This document shows, one piece after another, positions 12,344 to 24,100 of a stretch of 64,000 nucleotides of DNA. The notes under the pieces are model-generated. The model was not told where the DNA came from. It saw only the letters and a program-made list of their open reading frames with translations, and searched no databases. Location: the NCBI RefSeq assembly GCF_000150275.1, contig NW_002060952.1, positions 704,482-768,481 of the forward strand, given 5' to 3'. The DNA is from Trichoplax adhaerens. Its lineage: Eukaryota; Animalia; Placozoa. Made by a program: the position numbers and the translations under genes. The first letter of the stretch is position 1, and every line of letters begins with the position of its first letter.

Positions 12344-13180
12344 GGGTAATTGTTTATTTTCGTTTTACAGACTTGGTGCTACTAGAGTACTGGATTAGAT
12401 GGGTTAATAGTTAATAGCTCAGCCCGGGGTAATGGCCTATTTTCCTTGACAGATTTGGTGTAACTACAGTGTACACTGTAGAGTACTGGATTAGGTGGGT
12501 TAACAGCCCAGCCCGGGGTAATCGCTTACTGTATTTTCCTTTCACAGATTAGGTACATCAACATCCCAGCCCGGGGTTAAGGGTTATTTTCGTTTTACAG
12601 ACTTGGTCCTACTAGAGTACTGAATTAGGTGCGTCAACAGCCCAGCCCGGGGTATTCGGTTATTTTCATTTCACAGCAGACTTGGTGCAACTGCAGTAGA
12701 GTACTGGTTAGGTGCGCCAACTGCCCAGCCCAGGGTAGTCGGTTATTTTCATTTCACAGACTAGGTGCAACTGCAGTAGAGCACAGGTTAGGTGCGCCAA
12801 TTGCAGGGTAGTCGGTTATTTTCATTTCACAGACTTGGTGCAAGTGCAGTAGAGTACTGGTTAGGTGCGCCCAGGGTAGTCGGTTATTTTCATTTCACAG
12901 ACTTGGTGCAACTGCAGTAGAGTACTGGTTAGGTGCGTCAACTGCATAATCGGTTCTTTTCGTTTCACATACTGTACTGTACACTGAGTGTACAGTGTAC
13001 AGTACTTGGTGTAAGTACAGTACTGTCGAGTGCTGGATTAGGTGCGTCAACAGCTCCGCCAGCGGTAATGGGTTATTTTCGTTTCACAGACTTGGTGCAA
13101 CTAGGGGATTAGGAGCGTCTACAGCCCAGCCCGGGGTAATCGGTTCTTTTCGTTTCACAAAGTTGGTGCTACTAGAGTAC
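12344..13180. repeat. Tandem array, ~70-85-bp unit x ~11, with degenerate dispersed copies to ~14035
   Basis: Recurrent ggtaatcggttattttcgtttcacagacttggtgcaact..agagtactggattaggtgcgtcaacagcccagcccgg. Partial copies lie near 13345-13385, 13655-13680 and 13855-14035. Confidence 0.93.
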
Positions 13181-15837
13181 TTTAAATCAATTTTGGTTCT
13201 GTTAGGTCGTTTATTCATATCAATTATGGCCATACTAATATTTACTTAATCTTCATCTACCAGCACATACCATATGAAGCCATTTGAATTGCAATAAAGC
13301 AAGTCGATTTTTTACATCGCAATTCTAAAACGAAAGGTAAACATGCTGTACTGGATTAGGTGCGTTAACAGCCCAGCCCGGTATGACGACGTGACTTGTA
13401 AAAGGGTTGCAGCGACTGATAGTTTGTAGTCGAAACTTGAAAGAAATACAACGATTCAATACTGCGATATAAGGCAATTAAAATAGCAAGAGTCAATGGC
13501 TCGAGGTCGTACTAATCTATCTGCATGCAATTGGAGCCCAATCCAAAGTTCACCTTTTCAAAATTGAAAGACATCATTTAAGGCAACGCTCTAGCTGAAC
13601 ATCTTTCAAGCATTTTCCAGGGCTCGCTGCGCCTCTGTAAGAGTAGTCTATAGGATAATGGGTTATTTTCGTTCACAGAAATTCGTATCAGTGCCCTTTA
13701 AAAGTCAAGCCGAAACACGACTTGAGCGAGTGATTCGCCTTTCAAAATTTCTGTCGTGATACTGTATTGGAATAGCGATTGCACTCATGTCGGCTTGCAA
13801 AATGAACCATTTGATTGCTTCTGCAGTGCTACATTCTACAATGAGATATATCAACTGACAGCCCAGCCCAATCAACCATAGGTTCGCTATAGGGTAATTG
13901 GTTATTTTCCTTTCGTAGACATCATACTGGAGTAGTGGATTACTGTAGATACGTTCAACAGCCTTACCGACGCGATACAGGGAGGGGATGAATTATTTTC
14001 CTTTTGACAGACTTTAAGCTGGACTACTGGATTTGAGAATAATTTTCTACGATCGATTACTTTTCCACACGTGCAATACGCATCTCCAAATCAATTCTAC
14101 GCTTATAATATGGAGAGTAGTGTTTCGGCCGGCATTGCACGCATACGTGTATAACAAGAATAAAGTAAGATAGTAAGCAGTAATCGACCAAAGGCCGATC
14201 ATTGATCAAGTGTTTGAGCAACGATAACCATTATATACGACACGAAATTTACCTAACTAGTTGGACATTTACTGTACAGTGTACAGACCGTATATTATTA
14301 TTAAATCATACCGTCATAAGTGACGAATATTCTAAAACTACAGTAGTTGGATAATCGTTGTTTCTCAATTCAGAGGTATGCAAGCACGCACTTGCAGTCT
14401 TCAACTCCGTTCAGTTAATAGCACACCCAAACTGTATATAAAGTACTTGTGTGGCATTGCATTTGCCGCAACCCTCTAAATGATCCGGCTTATACTATGA
14501 CTGTGATCCACTCAGGTATGCGGTAAGCTGGTAAGTGTAAACGCTGACCTAATCTGAATTATCAACTCCCTTCGGTCGAATAATGATCTATTCTACATAT
14601 GGTTACATTAAGAAGGAAGGTAGTTATTGAACCGACATTGTACGCACATACCAACAATAAAATGAAATGAATGAATTATCCATCGGATTAATGTCGCATG
14701 TTATCCCCACATTCATGTCAGCATGTGCATTCTAAAGAGACTTTAATTATTCAATTCTAGCAACTTTGTAAAATCAAGTTGTGCGATTTGTACAATACTA
14801 AGTCTACTATGTGCTGCATAGTAACAAAAATTCCTCAACTACTGTACACTACGCTTGCCAGAGAATGATCAAGATAGGATTCAATTGGGAAAGAAAGATA
14901 TACCATGTTCTACGCGTATCAGTACATCGATGCCAATGGCTAATTGATTGGCTCTGCTGTGAGATCCATAGTTCTCGTTATTGCCTACGTTGTATTCTGC
15001 TTGAGCATATACTGCAATGATAAAATTACTTAATTAAGAATACATACGCTCGTATTGAGTTTAGCGGCATGTAGAACAGCTTACACATGAAGGTGTCTCA
15101 AGCAGGCAATGTGTATATTGGTGCATTCTGTGGCATGCTAATTTCTGACATCAAATCTGATCTGAAAAATTCTCTACAATTGGAAAAACCCTTCGTTCAA
15201 AGGCACTTTCGATGAGAGTAGGTGAAATGTTACAATGATCAGCGACGACTCCAAATACAATTTTTCTATGAGCTTTCCAAAAGTTTGCCAAGGAAGACAA
15301 GAATTGTTTTGGAGTCGTCCCGGCTAGGATTACTAAATTCAGTGTTATTAGCAGCACTAGATATTGCACACTAGGGTCTCTACTCTACACTGTTTAGCTC
15401 AGACAAACTTCGCTTAAAGTATCATCTATCAGGAGACTTTTGCATAGTTCGGGTAGCTTGTAGCGGTTACTTTGATGATTACCGCATCACTTTTTTGTAC
15501 TGTATAAAGCTGTATCTTTTGTACAGTATATCAACGTGGAAAGTGTAATATTCTCGCTTACTCAATTAATGACACGACACACGAGTGTAGCTTATAATAT
15601 TAGACTAGTTTATGAAGAGAGAAGAAGAGTCAAGGTTGACTTAATAGTCTAATATATCTATAATATATACACAATGTATAGATTAATTATAGAAATGCTT
15701 CCAGATGAAGACTTCTGAGTAGATATTTTGCTTATACTAACCTTTCTCAGGTCTATATTACAAAGCATGGCGTATTCGTAATGCATGAGCTATTGATATT
15801 GCACGGTAATAATTGCTAGACAGTAGACATGTTACTC

Positions 15838-15885
15838 ATATGCTATTACGAGCATATATAGATATGCTATTACGAGCATATATAG
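15838..15885. repeat. Perfect 24-bp tandem duplication, each unit a hairpin
   Basis: atatgctattacgagcatatatag x2, with inverted arms ATATGCT/AGCATAT in each unit. Confidence 0.9.
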
Positions 15886-18072
15886 TAACCCTACTTTTGG
15901 CCGGTTTTGCCGTAAACTGGATGGGATAGACTATCTGCAATAGAATGATCAAGAATGTTGGTACAACTTGATTTCTTCCTGGATATAAACTAGCACAGTT
16001 TACGAAACGTATTGACAGCTCCAACCTTGTTCATCTTACAACAACATCTGTGTATCGAGAGTGCTATATTTGTTTGCATTATAAACAACGTCCATCATAC
16101 CAATCAAGGGGAATAATGTGCAATATCTACAATCAAGAGTCGATTGTTGATTTATTGTCGCTATAATTGTTTAACTTTGGCTTTAGTTAATATGAATAAT
16201 ATTGATCTTACAACTTGTAGTCCAGTTCTGGATACCATTCATACTAATACCACGAGTCAATACTATTTGTTTACGACAACACGACATTGCTAGGATGGTA
16301 GTTTAAAAAATTTTGAATTAGCCGTAAATTTTTCCCTAGAATTGGCTTTAGCAAGCTATTCTATCTAGCCTGTAAAACACTATATAGCAGTTCAAGTTAA
16401 CGTCCCACGACTAGGAAAGTGATCTGTAGTTGAAGTGGAGATTGATTCGTATACTAGATGTTTAGACTAGTAACAAAAAGTCCCCCTTCAACGACAGTCT
16501 GTAACTGGTAAAATATTACTGACTTTTGCTAATCGTGCCAATGAGCTGGCTACAGGTCGACTAGCTTACTATTTTATGGAAACTGCTCCTGCGATAGAAT
16601 TAATCTCCACTTTTGAAATATACTCGTATACAAGTATTAAGTGATGGATGATGCCGATGCTGTTTCAGCAATTTCTACCAAATGAATGGGATCATCCAAT
16701 GATGACTTGTAGTCTCGAGTATAGCTTGCACCTATGGCCTGACATGAATTAAATTAGGCAGTGATTGGATGACTGTCCTAATGGATGGTATCCTGCCTTG
16801 ATTTAGCTTGTCCGCGTAGAGTTAATGTGATTTGATCAATCGGCTTAAGAATGCTTCTTGCTTTGCAATGATTTAATCAGTAGAGTAAGTTAGTATCAAA
16901 AGTACTGTTGTCGACGTCCAGTTGAGGAATCACGTTTTGTCATTGAAGATAAATGATGAAGAAGTTAGACGTCTTATGTCAATTTTAATTACAGAATCTT
17001 ACGATTGAACTCTTTCTCTATCGATTGATGTATTATTTGTCCACTTTGCAAAATTGATTGTTTTTTTGGATGTTCAAATTTATCGGCTAAAATATCTTGG
17101 ACATGCCGTACACGTGTACCGTATATCGTATACCGCAAGATGAGACGAGAGAGTAACAGTCTTGCGACCATCACTAGGAAATAGGCCGTCTACTATCATC
17201 ATTGGTCTTGTATCTTTTGTAGAGGTCAGTTTCTCTACTATCAAACTCTGCAGCGTATACTCGAACTTATCTCCTCTACGCCATCTCACTGATAGCCTAA
17301 AAATGAGCCCGATTGGAGTCCAATTTGGCTTTAAAACGCCATCCTTCGTTGTCGTTTTGCTAGCTACTGCATTCTTTCCGATAGAGGACGGACTGACAAC
17401 CGTACGGGAGAAGAGCGGTAAGCAAAAAGCCTTTGCCGTGGACTACAGTACTTTACACTGTAAACCACAGTGTATGACTGTGGAGTTTGGACTGTCTTGT
17501 TACCGCTTCAGACAATGACTGAACTGTCAGTGGCGCATACTGGTCTCCGCTCTCCATACAATACCATAGAGGGACGCGGAGATTGGTCTGGTTGGCTACA
17601 AAGTGGACGAACCAGTCTAACCACTGGCCTACAGATTCTTGGTCAACGGCCATACTGTAAGCTGGCCCCCATCAAGGTGCTGCAGAAAATAAAAAGTTGG
17701 CAGCCAATTCAGTGTTTTTTTTTCCCTTGGCGACGTCTGCTATATCCTCAAACTGTGCTGTAGTTGTTGGCCATTGGCATGCTAGTGGAGTAGATGTAGT
17801 GTTGGTTTTTTCCTCTATCTTACTGTATTGCATCCAAGTTAGAAGGTCGATCAAGGTGAAGACGACGTGGAAAAGCAATTTGATCGTATCGAGTTGTCTT
17901 CCACTAGGGCTAAAAGTCGACAACGCCGTATAGTAGAAAGGCAGCAATTTTCCTCACGCAAATCCAATCGTTCTCTTCAATTATCATTGAATCCAAGTTG
18001 TTGGTTGGCAAGATTGCAAGCGTTTACTTTTCCTATCTTGCTTGATTGAATACTACACCAGTTCGTGATCGA

Positions 18073-18122
18073 NNNNNNNNNNNNNNNNNNNNNNNNNNNN
18101 NNNNNNNNNNNNNNNNNNNNNN
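18073..18122. other. Assembly gap (50 N)
   Basis: Run of N about 20 bp upstream of the inferred MED13 ATG. Confidence 1.
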
Positions 18123-18141
18123 TACGTTCAACTGTAACACA

Positions 18142-21100
18142 ATGATGGCTGTAGCTGGCAAAGATTTCATATCTCAATTTCCATTAGGGGACAATGTCTC
18201 CAATGTCTATCAATTGGTAAGTACTTTCCAATGACAAAAAAATAACCGGCAAACGCTAGCTTAGTCGAGGACGCGGGTAATCGCTGATTTTATAAACTTG
18301 AGAGCTCTTCCAGCATATCTCTCAGGATGATCGTAATCAACGGATCGTGTGCTACCGCCATCATACTCCTGAAACTATCCCTCTTCTTCTATACTCTAGC
18401 ATACATTCAATCCGATCTCCATGCGTCGTATGCTATCCATCATTTGTCCACCATAGCCCATCTCTTTCTCATTCCTTCTTACGGACAACTGTGTGTATTT
18501 AGAGACGCAGTGGTCAACGAGTCGCCATACATTCTTTTCGTCTTTGTAAATCAACTATGCCATCATCCATTTTGCCCTTCCATTTCAAGAAGGAAATGGA
18601 AAAGTTACAACGATTTACTTCTATTGATGGCTTACAATCATTTCTACTACTGTGTATATATATATAACATAGAGAGCGAGAGAGAGACGTAGTGGTGAAC
18701 GAGTCCCCCATACATTCTTTTCGTCGCTATAAATCAACTATGCCATCATCCATTTTGCCCTTCCATTTCAAGAAGGAAATGGAAAAGTTACAACGGTTTA
18801 CTTCTATTGATGGCTTACAATCATTTCTACTACTGTGACATATATATATACAGTATATAACATAGAGAGCGAGAGAGAGACGCGAGTCCCCCCATACATT
18901 CTTTTCGTCTTTGTAAATCAACTATGCCATCATCCATTTTGGCCTTCAATTTCAAGAAGCAAATGGAAAAGTTACAACGATTTACTTCTATTGATAACTT
19001 AGAATCATTTCTACTACTGTATGCAGAACATAGAGAGCGAGAGAGAGAGAGACGCAGTGGTGAACGAGTCCCCATACATTGTTTTCGTCTTCGTAAATCA
19101 ACTATGCCATCAGCCATTGTAGCTTTAGCCATGGGATACTACTAGTCTACGCTTGGATTACCTTTTACTACATTAATAAATTGATGCATTCGACTTTCAT
19201 ATCCATCATCTTCGCCAATACTGGATATTTTGTCCAGTGCAAAAATTGCATCGCTATTTTGCAACTATCCTAAACTAGAAGAAATAGTATGGACTACGCT
19301 ATCCACGCGGTTGAAGAATGTAGACTAAATGCGTATGTCTGTTGCAACAGTCTTGATAATAATAATTGAACAATTGCTAATTGCCGATTGATATTCGATA
19401 GCACTTTGAATATTTGCTTTAGATGATCGACGTATACAATCACCATCTATCATCTTTATACTGTATTATCATTTTTCAACATCGGTTATCCGATGTTGAA
19501 AACGTTGTGTGCACCATCGCGCTGGAATTGAGTTTTTTTCTCCACTAGATCAAAACATTGTACAGTAAGTGTTTTATCTGTTTATCTACTCAAATCACCT
19601 TGAAATTCTTACTCTTTGAAGGTGAAACTAGTGCTATCTCAATAGAACTTGTGTAGACTGATTGAGCATCAGCTTTAAACCAAGTGAACCTATTCTAGCC
19701 GCCAGTTCATTACCGTTTCACTACGACCGTCTTATATTACTGCGATATTCAGTTTACAAATGAGTTCGCTGAAGAGATTGCCAAATTGCACATTCTAATC
19801 TAAAGATTAAAATTCTTGCAGTATACAGCCATTTTAAGCATTATTCTCCTGAAATCTAGTATACAATTACGCTATATTTGTACATACTACGAAACATGTT
19901 CAACATCTCGACGATTACAATGTACCTGAATGCGCATAACTCGATGACATTATTACTGTTTCTACATGAGCTAATATCTACTTAAAAATCAACTTCTATT
20001 TAGACCAAAAATACTTCTTTTCCGAACCTTTTAATCATGTATCATAGATATTGAATAATAATTTTAACTTTTCATTATTTGCCCTATCAAGGCTGACGTG
20101 AAAGGATTAAAGTGGCGAAGATATCAAGCCCGAACTGATACTGCTTCTTTACCTCTTAGTGATCCTATCTTAGTTTCGTATGCTAATGCTTTAGCACAAG
20201 ATGTTTTGTGCGTCTGGCAACATTTAAAGTGCACCTCAGCCTGTGGCAACAGTAGCGGCAAAGATGATTCAGCAGCAAACATTACCGATCCTAACCATGG
20301 ACATGACTGCTGCAGTAGTAAAAGCTGCCAAGTATTTGGTAGTGGCATGAAAGAATTATGGCTGTTTTGGTTTGGTGATGATCCGAATTTAAGTAATATT
20401 TTAAGCTCCGAATTGAAAGGTAGGTAACGTTGATTGATGCCAAGTTTTATATGCTAATAGGTAATTATTGATATACAATGTATGTCATCTGCCACTGCTA
20501 AGTTGAATAATGATTTTTAATACAAATTAGTGATCTTTTTATCGACTACGCTTTTAAACAATGCAATTAATAGATGCAATTTTATCATCCACGTAAAGAC
20601 ACAAATCTTACAACATTGTTGCTGTTGTATAAAGTGCACGAGAAAATCCTTTCGATAAACGATAGTTTCTCCACAATATTTACGATTGCATCACGATGTC
20701 TTCCTTAATGGGCTTGTATTCTAGCGAAATATATTGATTGATACTACTGTATAACTTGTAAAGCCCCTAAACGGAAATGCATATACACAAATAATAGCGG
20801 TTTACTTGCACCTACTACTACTAGACATCGACCACATAGGGTATTGCAAGTAGGACAGCAGTGAATAGTATGGAATTGCTGTAGGTAACACCATCGATAG
20901 TTTACAAATAAACGACGAATGTCATGAGTTGTTTGCGAAAGATAAAACTACAGTATATGATAAGCATGGGTTCAATACAATGGGTAGACAATATCCTAAT
21001 TGTAAAGTAAAAGTACAAATACGTACAGACTATATTTTATTATGCGTAACGTATAACGAGCGTCGATTCTACTATTAGTTATGATTGGATAGCAAACCAT

Positions 21101-24100
21101 TAAGTACCGGCTGCAGTTATTATATTCGTTAATTGATAATTTTCAAACAATGCCAATGCTTTTAGCTATGATAGATAATACAATATATTTATAGTAGATA
21201 AGATATATTACTGGGCTAATTGTGAAATTACTATAGATGATCTCAACGCATTTAATTATCTATTTGTAGATGTTGAATATGGCACATTCAAGGACGGCTT
21301 TACTTATAGATGTAGAATATTGCTCTTTAAAGCTATTCATAATTCCATTGAACGGTTGGTTACTTTAAATTCTTAGTGCGTATTGGTTACGTTGCATTCA
21401 ATTGTGTGTAATATATTTTGCCTTATCATTAGTGGATTGCTAGCTAAGAGTTTCGTACGATACGGGAGATGGTTTGTGGAACCTGAAAGGAAAGATAAGA
21501 AAATATACTCATTGTCGTACGTATATTGTGCTAAATGACTTAAAATAGTTCATATAGCTACGTAGATCATGTTTATAATCTTAGTGATAAAATTATGTAC
21601 GTATGTAATCATATCAACTACAAAAATTGTACAAATTTATACAATAAATTTACTATATATCTATCATAATTTAATAAATTTTACGTATACAATGAGATGG
21701 GGTACTTCTCCGTATTCCAGTGCTTGAATAAGTATGCAGTTTATACCAACATTACATTACATTTGAGTAGTCTGCTGGTAATATCAATTACTCCAGTGCG
21801 TAATTGTGTCCACCTAATATTTGAAATGTTGAAACTTATGAATGTCGATACTTATTGGTTGGCTCATGCTCATTGTACATCAAAATTGATTAATTAAGAC
21901 TCGCTATGAGTAACTGCAGGAGTGGACTAACGATGATTACAATATTGAATTATTTTTAATTTTGAATAGATAGAGAATCTTAGTTTTATTATATAATAAT
22001 ATACTAGTGTTAACCATATTATCATTGAGTCTTACCTGAGGTCTTGTATACTAAATGATGTTATGCAATAGCATACCAGTGTATTAAAGAAATTGTGCAA
22101 TACACTACAAGTATTATACTCGAAATATACGTATTTATACAATTGTCATAATTTTTTTTGGCAGTAATGAAGAGCAGGTGTCTGTTGCATTTTCCTTTTT
22201 CCTATTTGGTAAAAGTACAGTTTGTACATCAGTTGAGATTCAACACCATTCGTCATTGTACAGTTTAACCGTAGATGATATAACAAAAGCCCGACAATCC
22301 TTGAATGGTTTAGATGGTAAGGTTTTGGTCATGAATTTATTAATATTAAGTATTATTCATCTACTATTTAGATATTGTTACTCTATATGGTAATTAGATA
22401 ATTGTGAATAAGCAATCATTACAAAAACGGACTTTTCTTTTTCAGTTTTATTGAGTCCATTTGGCCTGAAAGGTACCTTAACAGGACGAACGTACTCTAC
22501 TCTCGATGGCTCTCGAGAAATGCTGAAAGAATGGAACCATTTTTATCCTATTCATCTCAATTCGGATTCCGATAATTATCCTCCTAAAAGCCAATCACAA
22601 GAAAAACAACTTGTACCTCCGGTTGTCGAAGTAGTACTTGATAAAGTTTGCATGAAATATCCGGCTTGCTATGTTCTTGTTCCTGTACGAATTACTCCCA
22701 AGGCTGTCGTAGAGAAGGTAATTTTTCTTATTTTTAGGGAAATTTTCATTTAAAGCTATTGACCTCATTATATATGCTCATTTAGAAGAAGATAATGGAA
22801 GAAATACCGACCCTACCGCCTGACTTTATATCTAAAATTACCAATTCCGTTTGGCACCGATGCAGCACTAGCAACTTTGACAAAAGGTAAGCCATCAATT
22901 ATCCCAACCCGTATACATATTATCGAGATAAATCTGACACGAAAACACATTCTACTTCAAACTAGTTCACAATCTACGGAATATAGTTCTGTAATTTATC
23001 AAGATAATACTGATATTGATCAATCAACTAAAATCTGGAGAGTCACTGATCCATCGGTTCAAAGTAAATGTAACTGCCCACTGAATACCAGCACTGTAAA
23101 GTAAGTCAACATTTGGAGTTATAATTGTTGTTACTAAGTAATCTGACATTATAATTCTATATTTTGATTGATAAATTATACTAGCAAAAGTACTACTTCT
23201 GCAACAAAGAAAGCAAGTCTTTTACAAATACAGTCGACAAGTATGAAGCCGTCTATAAAAACTGAAACAAAGAGCAATTTTTCACCGTCAGTTTTAGAAC
23301 CTTATCACAAACGTCGATTCCCCAACAGTGAGGAAAGCAAGCAAAAAACTTCACAAGTAATTACAAATGGTAGTAGTGATCCCATTCCCTACAATGGTAG
23401 CGTTACTTTAGAAGAAAGCGAATCTAAACGGATCATACTGAAAATCATTAATCCCAACAAGAATACATTTGTTTCATCTCCTACGTCATCGTTTTCCAAT
23501 AGCTCGCCTAGTTCACCGTCTTTAAGTGATAACGTATTTTTATCTCCTAAGGGAGAAGAAAAAGACGAAAAAAATCGAATATTGGACAGGTAACGCAGGC
23601 ATGGTTGCTATTAATTATCCTGTACATATGTGTATAGAATTCTTTTATTTATTTTATATTATCTATCTTGTCAGAAAAACAAATAGCGGGTGGTTTGGTA
23701 GAGGATTCACAAATGCTGGCAGTGATGAAAGTAAATCCGCATATCCTTGGCAGTGTTATGACTTGCCTGGTGAAGATGAAACGAAGCCTCCTGCCCTACC
23801 AGTAGATAAAGAAGAGTCTAAAATTTTTGAGAATGAGAAGAAGCGCGGTGCAAAGTATGCACAAACCTATTCATAGTCGTAGCTATTAAGTTTTATTAAT
23901 TAATTAATTAATTGTATCTTGTTGGCTTGTAGAGATTCGAAATCCGGAGTAAACAAAACAAAAGGGACGACCGTAACTGTTGAGACGGAGCAGCCAACAC
24001 CGAAGAAAAAGCCACGTGTTAATTCTACGAATACTAGAAAAGCAGGAGCAACAAACAGGCGTAGAAACTCAACAAAAGCTAGCGCAGCTAAAAACGCTGC

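Noticed and set aside
12344-13180. CRISPR-like array
   Set aside because: The context is eukaryotic, the units are contiguous tandem copies without unique spacers, and there are no cas genes. The same applies to the 9.5, 18.5, 41.5 and 51-53 kb arrays.
18327-19145. ORFs inside MED13 intron 1
   Set aside because: Translations of the tandem repeat, with frames broken by variable microsatellites.
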